Shown piece by piece: positions 52,306 through 62,536 of a DNA stretch of 64,000 nt; positions within the stretch are counted from its first letter, which is position 1; every line of letters starts with the position of its first letter. The DNA lies in IMG/VR virus record IMGVR_UViG_3300028610_001991, one strand, 5' to 3'. A program made the translations under genes and the position numbers. The DNA comes from a virus. The notes beneath the pieces were generated by a model. The model was given only the letters and a program-made list of their open reading frames with translations, searched no databases and had not been told where the DNA came from.

Positions 52306-52551
52306 TTATTTCGCAGGTAAAAACTTAACTTCTCTACCGTTAATATGTGTACCCTCAAGATGGCCACTTACAAGCACATGACTGCCCGTCTTTAAATAAC
52401 GAATACAGTTTTCTGCCAGTTGATTTGTTACACGAACATTAATGGTCTTGTTTTCCTTATTCCGGACATCAATTGTAAAAAAGCTGTATTCACCTTCGTT
52501 AGTTACATCACTTGCTAAATGCCCTTCAATAACTACAAGATTTAAGTTCAT
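52306..52551 (-). CDS. ssb: minimal single-stranded DNA-binding protein (OB-fold only)
   Basis: MNLNLVVIEGHLASDV...QLAENCIRYLKTGSHVLVSGHL; no acidic tail. Confidence 0.7.
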   Translation of the reverse strand: MNLNLVVIEGHLASDVTNEGEYSFFTIDVRNKENKTINVRVTNQLAENCIRYLKTGSHVLVSGHLEGTHINGREVKFLPAK

Positions 52552-53282
52552 ACTATGCTCCTTGTTTTTTTATTCCACCATTCATCATTTGCAAACGGTA
52601 AATCCAGCCATGTTTTATTATCAACATTACTTATGAATAACGAGGTATTGGTATAGAACGGATAATTATCTTTTAACCACTGTTCAACTCTCGGTGTATA
52701 GCGGACATACAAATCCGATGCATGAGTATCAAAGTCCTGCTCATTTACATCAGTATGTTTTATCAATTCGGCTTTTAAATCCACTGTACCCTCCTTTTCG
52801 CATTTAAGTATTTTACAGTAGCCTGTTTAAAAGTAAGTCCTTTATCCATGTAATACTTAGTCCGAACCAATTGAAAGAAATCCAACCGTGCAGTCAGGCA
52901 AGCGTATTTAAACTGCTTTAAAGTTAATCTATTATTAAACGAAACTGTTCCGAATATTATCATCAATCCCTCCGCAGTTCATTATAATTACCCACTTTCA
53001 TACACCCTCCAGGTTAGCCTTTAAAATTTCAATAATCCCCTTTACACCTCCACTAATACCGGACACATTCCCATTAATATGGGTCACGTTATGAACCTCA
53101 TTCAAGCAATCTGAGCATGGCAAGTCTTTATGTTTACAGTATAGGTGTGTTGGTTGTAATAATGTTAGCTGTCTTTTAATTCTCTCATCCATTTTATTTT
53201 TCATACACTCTCCAGATTAGCATCTTATAGTTTATATCTATTTATCTAATAGAAGTCCATTAGACCACTATTACATAAATAG

Positions 53283-53320
53283 AAAGGGAGAGAAAGGATA
53301 AACTCTCCCCCTCCCTTTTA
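53283..53320 (-). terminator. intrinsic terminator after 53345-53599
   Basis: AAAGGGAG...CTCCCTTT inverted repeat. Confidence 0.5.
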
Positions 53321-53344
53321 TCACTTAAGACTTAGTATCTAGTA

Positions 53345-53599
53345 CTATGCAGATACAGTCAGGACTTCGTTCTCTCCAAGTTTATCTATTTGTGTATCAT
53401 AGTTACCATCAGAGAACTCTTTTAGTACATCAGCATACCTAAGTATAGCTGCAATTTTAGCTTTACCTAAACTGAACCCACCTTTAGTAAAATTACCAGA
53501 GATACGTACTACAGGTGTACCGTTCATAGAATAGAACTTCTCTAATTTAGGCTCTATTATAGCAGGCTTACTTGACGTGGTTGTTTTAACAAGTTTCAT
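53345..53599 (-). CDS. hypothetical protein
   Basis: AAGGAG RBS; downstream of motif copy 3. Confidence 0.65.
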   Translation of the reverse strand: MKLVKTTTSSKPAIIEPKLEKFYSMNGTPVVRISGNFTKGGFSLGKAKIAAILRYADVLKEFSDGNYDTQIDKLGENEVLTVSA

Positions 53600-53723
53600 G
53601 TTATGCTCCTTTTAAAAATGTATATGTTAATTATGATGAAAACATAGCGTCACCATAATAATAACCAAAGTCGTAATTGCTTACAAACAACTGAAGTATT
53701 GTTGTAATAATTGCTGCACTTTA

Positions 53724-53756
53724 TGTACTAAAGCTGACTTCCGCCAGCAAGTCTCA
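53724..53756 (-). promoter_or_regulatory. conserved motif, copy 3
   Basis: TGAGACTTGCTGGCGGAAGTCAGCTTTAGTACA(TAAAGTGC). Confidence 0.65.
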
Positions 53757-54036
53757 AACCAAAGTTGACCATTGTTATCAACAACTTATGAACACTACTG
53801 GTACACTACCCCCATAGAAAAAGAGAGTAAAGTACAGTAAGTATATACATATAAAGAATAATTATAACATAATAACAGTAATATACACAGAGAGAGGAGG
53901 GAGGGGTACACATAAAGCCTACACTGATTTAGTATACTATACCTTAGTATAACCTATATCCATCCATACAGTTTATTAATATCTCCGGTATACCCATAAC
54001 CATCTATATTCTTATTAACATCTTATAAAAACATCC

Positions 54037-54178
54037 ATAGACAGCTTATAGACAACATGTGACTGTCTATAGATCAGCCTATAGACAGCTTATAGGCAGC
54101 TTATAAATAACCATAGATCAGCCTATAGACAGCTTATAAATAACCATAGATAGCTTATAGACAGCTTATAGACAACAT
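54037..54178. repeat. array of about 12 tandem 10-12 bp repeats (consensus ATAGACAGCTT)
   Basis: ATAGACAGCTT, ATAGACAACAT, ATAGATCAGCCT, ATAGGCAGCTT, ATAAATAACC units. Confidence 0.85.
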
Positions 54179-54432
54179 ACGACTGTCAACGCTAAGGGAA
54201 AAGCCGGTCAGCCGCCCCCACACCCCTGTCCTTCTGATCCCGCTATACCCTTACACTTTTTTTAGTGTTCAGCTGTAGATTAACCAATAGCTCAACCATA
54301 GTTCAGCCTACACCCTCCCTACCTTAGCATAAAAGGTAGAGAGGGAGATAAGCTTAGAGGAGGGAAGTATATTAACCGTTACTGTTATACTAACAGTAAG
54401 GTCATCTGTTATATAGTATATGTATTTTACCT

Positions 54433-55220
54433 GCGCTTTATGTACTATAGCTGACTTCCGCCGGTTTGTCTCAAACTGTAGCTCTACCGGCTATCAGCAG
54501 AAAATGATTCAACACGTCATTCTGCCGACTATCGGCAGTTTGCTGTGACACGTCATTTAGCCGCACTTTATGTACTATAGCTGACTTCCGCCGGTTTGTC
54601 TCATCCTTACGTCAATAACGTAAGGATGATTCAACACGTCATTCTGCCGACTATCGGCAGAATGATATGACACGTCATTATGGTCACTTCTAACATAAGC
54701 GTAAATAGAGTAAAACACACCTATTTATCCTGTATTTTGCTCTATTTATGCTTATAAGATGCTATTTAGCATACACTTAGCTACTATACTCTAATAATAA
54801 CAGCTTTAAGTCTATACTACGTTATAGAAAGATATCTATCTCTCTAATATCGTCCAGTATAATAGTATGTTTGTACCGTGGATGTATATAGCCTTTTTTC
54901 TTGTAATACCTCTTAAGTATCATTAACCTATCGGCCTGGATTATACCAATAGTCTCTTTACCCTTATTCTTAACCTCTATTATTTTGGTTAAAACCATTA
55001 TACCTCCTGTTGTATTATCAGCAGTTATGATAAATAACCGCACTTTATGTACTATAGCTGACCTCCGCCAATTTGTCTCATCTTTACGTTAATAACGTAA
55101 TAATGCTATGGTACGTCATTCTGCCGACTATCGGCAGAATGATATGACACGTCATTTAGCCGCACTTTATGTACTATAGCTGACCTCCGCCAATTTGTCT
55201 CAAACTGTAGTTCTGCCGAT
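54433..55220. repeat. modular 122-130 bp repeats containing motif copies 4-7 (54441, 54571, 55048, 55170) and palindromes
   Basis: Perfect TCATTCTGCCGA-CTA-TCGGCAGAATGA at 54639 and 55116 (partial at 54517); TCATCCTTACGT-CAATA-ACGTAAGGATGA at 54601. Confidence 0.9.
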
Positions 55221-55440
55221 AAGTATATATAGTCATATCTTCATTTTGTATCGGTAATAATAGTTCGGTAATAACCTTATAGCCTTATAGTGCTATTATA
55301 CGAAAACGCCCCGTCTTCTTGCGTCCTACGTCCAGACCTCTCCCAGGTTGAGAAGGCTTTGATATATGTCAATAGTACGGCAACTATAAGATGTCAGATT
55401 CTATTTAAGACCTATGCGGATAACCGATAACTACTTTATA

Positions 55441-55902
55441 CTATGATAGATGAGCCAATAACTTATATTTTGCTTTAAAGTTTAATATAGTAGACCCGGG
55501 ATGTACATGCTTTTCTCTAAGTTCTGCTACCTGCTTACCAATCTTACCATATCCGAATACAATATCCCTTCTAAGCTTTTCTAGTTTTCTCGGACTAACA
55601 CCCTTTTCCTCTTGTCTGAGTAGATATCTCTCTTTATCTCTTTCTGTTTTTGCCCATATTATTTCTCTATACACTGTAGATAAAAGTGTTTTTAGTTTAG
55701 TCCCCCTGTGTGTTACATAACCCACAGGTTTAATATACACCCTTTTTATCCGTATCTTTTCCTGTTCCTTCTTTTCCTCAACTCGTGCTAGTCTGTCTGA
55801 TTCAATTAACCTTTGTGCATTCAGTACATTAATAGTCTCAATTGCTTTTTCTCTTGTACCTGCTGTTGCAAGTAACCTTACTAATGTTTCTCTAAAACTC
55901 AT
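55441..55902 (-). CDS. basic hypothetical protein
   Basis: GGAGGGAAG RBS plus ATG. Confidence 0.6.
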   Translation of the reverse strand: MSFRETLVRLLATAGTREKAIETINVLNAQRLIESDRLARVEEKKEQEKIRIKRVYIKPVGYVTHRGTKLKTLLSTVYREIIWAKTERDKERYLLRQEEKGVSPRKLEKLRRDIVFGYGKIGKQVAELREKHVHPGSTILNFKAKYKLLAHLS

Positions 55903-55922
55903 ACTTCCCTCCTGTTATTAAA

Positions 55923-56348
55923 TTATAAAATACCACCCTTTTTAAATGAATAATAGTTTTCCTCATTTACAGTTACAATTAAATGGTCTAAGAAGTTAAG
56001 CCCTATGTACTTTGCAGCCTTATTAACGTTCCTGGTAAAAGTTATATCCTCCTGTGATGGTGAAGCATCGTCAGACGGATGATTGTGGATTATCACGAAG
56101 TTACGAGCATTAACTTTTAGTAGAGGTATAAATATATCTGCAGGAGTACACGCTATTGTGTTATAGCCTCCAATAGCGATATCCTTCTTTATAATCACTT
56201 TATTCTTGATATTCATACCTATAACTACCATCTTCTCATTATACTCAAACTCACCCTTTACAAACTCCCTGACTGACTCCGGTGTCTTGATAAATGTGTC
56301 AAAGTTGTCGCTGCACTGCAAATAAAAGTATTTAACTTTAAATTCCAT
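55923..56348 (-). CDS. radC: RadC-like JAB/MPN domain protein
   Basis: HNHPSDDASPSQED and LDHLIV. Confidence 0.9.
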   Translation of the reverse strand: MEFKVKYFYLQCSDNFDTFIKTPESVREFVKGEFEYNEKMVVIGMNIKNKVIIKKDIAIGGYNTIACTPADIFIPLLKVNARNFVIIHNHPSDDASPSQEDITFTRNVNKAAKYIGLNFLDHLIVTVNEENYYSFKKGGIL

Positions 56349-57281
56349 GCTTCCTCCTTTTTAAATATTTACACCTACTGATCGTGCCCAAAGATATAAG
56401 CTCTCAGCATTATAAACCCACTGCCTAAGTTCTTCTTTATCAAATCTAGTAGCATTAGGGCATTTCTCACGGATATGAGCTTTTATTTCCTCTTTATTCT
56501 GTTTAATAAACTCAGTTAGACTCATATTTCCTCCTTTTATATTTCTTTTTAATATGATACTTAGTTAAATGGGATGGATGCCCAAAATACCTTGGTAAAC
56601 CTGCGTGTAATGTCTGTTTTCTATGTTTACGAGCTAATTTAGATGCTTGCTGCTTTTTACCCGTGTATCACCTCCTCCTTTGTGTAATAGACTTGAACTG
56701 CTTCACATGACTTACTAAGCTTAATGAGTATGCCCCCGTTAATGTGGAGGCATAGGTCTGGACCGAATATCAATGTTGTATCTTGCCAAGGTGTTTTAGG
56801 TTTCATAAACTCACCTAGAGGATATACCTTTCTGTAGTAAAGGAAGAAAGGATTACCTGCAGCATCGTATTGCACTTCTCTCCAATGATAATTAGATTTT
56901 AATAGCATAACTTACCTAATGCCGGTTCAGGGGCATTTTCAATAAAATCATTAATTATCCCTGTGTCTATATACTCCTTTTCAAAGTATTCTGCTTTTTT
57001 CTTAGAAAGTTTACCTTCGATAAAATTTAAATACATTTCCTTAATGCCTTCACTAATTAAAGTATTATACTGATCTTTCTCTTTATTAAGCATAATTACC
57101 TCCTTTTATGCTACGCCTATGTCTTCAAGAAACTGATCCATTATACATTCTTCTACTTCTTCTGCGCCGGGACAACACTTAATTTTGCATATTTGTTTAT
57201 TATATTCTGAGCAGTACCACAGCTTAATGACATTTACTAACTCTAGTTCTAAACAATTACAACCCTTACATTCTTCTACTC

Positions 57282-57614
57282 TCATGCATGCCCTCCTGAT
57301 TTTACCTTATCTATTACTTCCTGTAATGTGTAATCATCGAAGTACATATCTCTTTCTACTGATAACCCGAATTGTGGAAACTTTAAAGCCTCAAGCTCAT
57401 CTTGACTTACTGATCCACATTCAGCCATCTGTGGATCTCCAAGATTTACAAATGCCTGGTAGATTCTATCTTTAGGATCATACTCATAGCAGTACCAGCT
57501 GCATGCACCACCGCCAAAGAACTTGACTATAATCTTGATGTCTTTAGCTTGTTTCTGCGAAGTGTCACCTTGCTTCTTAAAACCTTCTAATACTTCTTTA
57601 GTTAGTAATTTCAT
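57282..57614 (-). CDS. DUF2958 domain protein
   Basis: MKLLTKE...VKFFGGGACSWYCYEYD...ECGSVSQDELE...VERDMYF. Confidence 0.8.
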   Translation of the reverse strand: MKLLTKEVLEGFKKQGDTSQKQAKDIKIIVKFFGGGACSWYCYEYDPKDRIYQAFVNLGDPQMAECGSVSQDELEALKFPQFGLSVERDMYFDDYTLQEVIDKVKSGGHA

Positions 57615-60600
57615 ATTTCGCTCCTTAATTGATATTTCTTACCACAATCACAATTAACTAAATAATTAGCGTCCGGTTCTACAGCCCTACTCCCTCCACA
57701 GTAGGGGCATTCTACATCTACTATACTATCTAACGTCATGGGTACACCAACTACAGGAACCTTATCTTTTATTTTAATAACTTCACTTCCTGCAGTAAGT
57801 TCTTTCTTAGCCTTTTCATCCCAATACTCAGGAACCTCACCTTCCAGTTTATACGCATAGTCTGTAGCTATCTCATCCTCAGAATCATACCTGGCACATA
57901 ACTCATAGTAAGTTCCAAAATCATGCGGAAAGCTTTTGACTACAAGCGTACATCCTGTAGGCGGTTCTCCGTGTACACGAACTAACTGATTCTTAAATAC
58001 CCAGCACTCCTTTCTCGCACGAGCTGCATACTGATTAGATCCAACATTTACACAATCTTCACCATAAGGAGAAGTCCCTATGTTTAAAATCTCCATATTG
58101 TAGTTTATACTATTCATGCATAATCTCCTTTTTTAATTTATTAAATAACTCCTTTCCTCCTTGCTTTGTAAATTGTACTAACTGAAACCAGCCAAAGTGG
58201 CCATATGTAGGGTAATGTTCTCTATACTCAGCAATTAATCCGCACCGGTTACAGCACCTAAAGTATTTCATGTGTCCTGTAAATGGTGTTTGACTATATA
58301 CCCACTTATGCCCGAATAACCTACACCTAAGTTTTACTATGCTTGTAAATACCATACCTTCCTCCTTTTTAACTCCAATCCAATAAACACTCAGCCTCAT
58401 ACACACATATCTTTTCATTTTTGTTATCGTCTAAATACTGAAGTAGCTCTGCTACGTTACAGAATCTTTTGATCTCTTTCTCTGTAGATACCTCACTGGG
58501 TAATAACCTTTTCTTCGGATATGTAACAACAAAATAATCTTTCATACTTTCCTCCTTTACCTGTCTATTCGTTTTAAAAGCCAACTAACACGCTTTAGCC
58601 ATTTATCTCTTTTATGTACCATTAATCCTGTTGCGTATACGTATGTAAGGCTTGCATTCTGTGCAACTAACATGGCTTTACACTTATCATACCTATATGC
58701 CTTCTTTACGCAAAAGGATATTAAGCTATGAACAATAAGCCTCACGCTATAGCCTTCTGTAGCCCGTCAATAACAGCCTGTACCATCTTGTCATCATCTC
58801 CCGGTATAGCAACTACGCTCTTAGGGCCTTCATAGTTACTATAGAATACGTACTTCATCACACTAACCTGCTTCCTGCCTTTATAAGAGCCTTTTACTAC
58901 GAGTATGTGTGAGACTGATGATACCTCAATAGCCTGAATAATCTCCTGATCTGCATTAAGTTTGTACTTAGAAGTTTCCATTAAATCCTCCCTTGTAATT
59001 GGTTTTGGTGGACATATCATATCTTTAGCCTTATTCTACTGATAAGTTTCCTTACAGAGCCATAGGATGCTATTCTGCCATACTTAGTGATAAGCATGTT
59101 ATACACTAGCTCCGTATTCATCTTCCTTAGCTGGATATCCGTTAGCATCACTTTAAGCTTATCCGTTGTTGTCTGTCTCTTAAAGTTACCTCGACTTATC
59201 TCTCTAATAGCGTTTACCTTATTTCGGAAATACTCAAACTTACCGTCCTTCTCCTTACCTATGAAATCTGATAACCAATCATTAGCTGTCTGCTTACCAC
59301 ATGATATGTTGATTAGTGTTAGCTTAGGATTCTCTTTTATACGGCTCTCTATCCAGTCTAGTTTAGCCTCTTTATCTTTAACACTTCTAAGGTTCTCTTG
59401 CTGTGTTTCTTTCATGTTGCCTTTATGTCCGTCACCTATACTAACGAAATCAGCTATGCTCTCATGCTCTACAACTACATCCGCATGGCTATTACTCTCC
59501 TTTTTCATACTTTCATCCACCAACTTATCTAAGCTTTCTATCTGGTAGGAATCGAGCATATCCTTATTTTCGAGATAGCGTCTGTCTCCTCTGATTGTTT
59601 CTATTACAATCTTAGCTAAGGCCTGTTCTGCGCCCTTAGCATCCTCCTTGAAGCTAACTGTATCCATAACTTCTGCTATCTCTAATACATGTATGTTGAA
59701 ATCATTTAACCCTATTTCAGCTATAATCAAGTCTCTTACGAGTATGTCATCCATTAGGTATCACCTCCTTTTAACTACGGATTAACTCTCTAATAGTTTG
59801 ATTCTGAGCTTTAAACTCCCTGAGTTTATACAAATAGCCTTTACTTCTTACATACAGCTCAGCTAGTGCGTACTTCAGATTCCTCATAGCCTGTTTCTTT
59901 GTTGCTACTGTCATCTCCGGAACTTGACTAAGATCATTAAAGTCCACAGTAATCTCTTTATCTAATAGTTCCACTGTACCTGCTAACCTGGCAATCTTAC
60001 TGTCTAATACATCAGGACTAACACCATAAAACATCCTTCCCAGGATACTGTAAGTCCTCTGAATACATGGCTTTTCAAACTCATCAAAATCTCTAAATGT
60101 GACATCATTTAATAATTCTTGCATACTACACCTCCATATAGATTGGTTTATTAGAGAACATATATTTAATTTCCCTGTTCTCTCTAATAGGGGAAATGTG
60201 GGTAAACTTTGTTGAACTACCCTGTAGTACTGCTCTTGCTGCACTGATACCGGTTAACCAATACTTACCTTGTATAGCAGCAATAGCTTCTTCTCTAGAC
60301 ATTAACTCCTGCAGCTTACTCTCTTTCCAGCACTCATTCTTTTTAATATAAGCAATGTATCTATTCACTATGCCTCCTTTTTAGTATATAGTGGACGAAA
60401 CATACATGTAGATAAATCGTTAAAACACAGCACTCTCCAATACTTATGAGGATAGTCGTCAGGTACCCTTCCCGCTTCTTTTAGTTGTCTCATGTCTACA
60501 GCCTTGCAGTAATGACCACTCCCGTCCTCATGGTAGTTTAAACAATCGTTATGAGACATTTGTTACCTCCTTGTAAATAGGATTATGACTGAAAAGGTAG

Positions 60601-61591
60601 AAAGTCTTCTTCTTAGCAGAAACATACACAGGTGAAATAAAGCTAAAGTTAGTAGTAGTCTTTTTAGCATAGACAGCTTTAGCCATAAACTCTGTGCCTA
60701 TGAAGTGAAAATCTCCTGCATACAGCTTCGTTGCTGCCTCCTGCAGTGTCTTTATCCTTGACACTGCCCTCCTGTGCCAGCCCTCATGTTTTTTAGTGTA
60801 AATACTAAACATAAGCCATCACCCCCTTTATTTTTCTTTCTATTTGCATTAACTTGATTAAACCCGGCTCAGCATCGATCTTCTTCAGATTAACACTAGC
60901 TATAATCAACCTTCTTGCCTGCTCTAGCTGCTCTAGTCTCATCCTCTTATAATCAATAGCAGGCCTGTCATAGCAACGAATACACACACCCTCTGTACAC
61001 TTAAAACACTTAGCTTTTATGTTTAATTCATGCATTCTACTCACCTCCTTGAGTTAGTTCTGTAATACTTCTTCTTCCGGATAACCGTACAGCAAGATTG
61101 TCATCACCAACTGAATACAATAACCCAGGCATGTCCGGAACAACCTCAGCTAGTGTAAGATACTTTGGCCTAGGCATAAGCCTCTGTAGAGCCCTTTCCA
61201 TATCAAGCTGCGCTCTAACCTTACGATTCCACTGATAACTCTTTTTGTTAATAGCCATACTCTCCTCCTTTTAATTTGATTCAACTACTCTAAGCTCGCA
61301 GTCTTTAACTGAGCAAGCCTTACAACCAATACCTCTATGAATACAATACATAGCTTCAACACCAAATATGCCATCTTGACATTTTTGACATAAACCATTT
61401 ATACGAAACTCTTTAACGCTAAGAACATCTTTAAACTCAGTAACAGGATTAATGTCTTTTTTACATAAAGGGCATTTGCTTTGCTCAACATTGTTTACTG
61501 CATCCCTAAAGCCTACTTTCTTTATTAAATCTTTATTCATAACAACAGCCTCCGTACCTGCCTACCTTTCGGTTAGGACTTATAGGTAAAC

Positions 61592-61651
61592 TGCCAGTGA
61601 TGGGAATCGAACCCAATAGCCTTATTATTTCAGCTTCAACCTGACACTGGC
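61592..61651 (-). ncRNA. 60-nt tRNA-like element lacking an anticodon arm
   Basis: Acceptor GCCAGTG/CACTGGC plus discriminator A; T arm TGGG-TTCGATT-CCCA; one small hairpin TCAG/CTGA. Confidence 0.55.
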
Positions 61652-61943
61652 GATTAATGAACATTCTACTTACTTTTCTTTAATTTGTTTAATGCTCTCT
61701 GGATGTTTACATAAGTAACCAGTTTGTCATCCTTCAAATAAAATCTCATCTTGTTTCCGTTCTCTGTAACTTTTGTGATTCTTGTGCAATACCCAAGATT
61801 AATGTGATTCGCATATTCCATTTGTTTCTCCTTCGCTTAGGGTTAAACTCGGATCAACCAACTACGGATGGGTGCCCCTTATTCCCAAGCTGTTAAATCA
61901 TATTTATTTACTATTTAACTACCCTCCCCAGCGCACTTGGGTG

Positions 61944-62145
61944 AGGTTCGTTTTTATAGGGGGTCATGGTGAAACGTATCTAAAAATACGAAGGTTCGTA
62001 CTATAGGGGGTCATGGTGATTTATAGGAAGGTCGGGAAAAACGTATCTGAAAATATATCCGGTCTCTTTTTACTCTATAATGTATGTCCGGTCTTCTTTT
62101 ACTCTTTTTATAGAGGGTGGTCGAAAAAAGCGTATCTGAAAATAT
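61944..62145. repeat. short direct repeats at the strand-divergence point
   Basis: AGGTTCGT..TATAGGGGGTCATGGTGA twice (61944, 61992); CGTATCT(G/A)AAAATA three times. Confidence 0.7.
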
Positions 62146-62428
62146 GGCGGGCACTACTGTTACTCTTACTCTGGTCTTATTGTTATTCTCTCTGATAGTA
62201 TAATGAATGATCCTGCATTTTTTCTTTTGACTATGTACCTACCGGTCAAATTCAAACCGAATTTAAAATGATAACTATTATGTTAGACCTCTTTGTATAC
62301 TGCACACACTTACCTTATCCCTCCTACACTTTTTATGCATAAATATACCCTTTTATCTTATTTCTCTACGCTTTTACTGCATTTCTTTACACATCTGTTT
62401 ATTTCTCTACGTATCTTTTGTGCTATTA

Positions 62429-62457
62429 TTGACAATACTGTAATTATGTTATATAAT
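62429..62457 (+). promoter_or_regulatory. perfect sigma70 consensus promoter
   Basis: TTGACA-17 bp-TATAAT. Confidence 0.85.
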
Positions 62458-62536
62458 TTAAGTAAGTAGAGGGACGCTAAGGGAGGAAGATAATATGATA
62501 ACTTTAATGTATGTATATAAAAGATAGAGACCTCCC

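Larger units (their letters stand above)
41048..53204 (-). other. early-type array of more than 35 small hypothetical ORFs, all on the minus strand
   Basis: 60-350 aa ORFs with GGAGG/AGGAG RBSs and overlapping junctions; many acidic or CxxC proteins; includes 46839-47876, 49148-49927 and 50548-51162. Confidence 0.65.
56380..61821 (-). other. second array of about 18 small minus-strand hypothetical ORFs (includes 57611-58117, 58110-58418 DUF1660-like, 59017-59754, 59771-60244)
   Basis: Dense ORFs with GGAGG RBSs. Confidence 0.6.

Noticed and set aside
54441-55202. CRISPR array
   Set aside because: Intervening sequences are themselves repeated and palindromic (about 90-97 bp), copies are dispersed up to 13 kb away, and no cas gene is present
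59087-59548. Long plus-strand ORFs inside the minus block (also 45203-45670, 57185-57475) and minus ORFs inside sbcC, thyX and recD2
   Set aside because: Antisense shadows of better supported genes; no RBS or motifs
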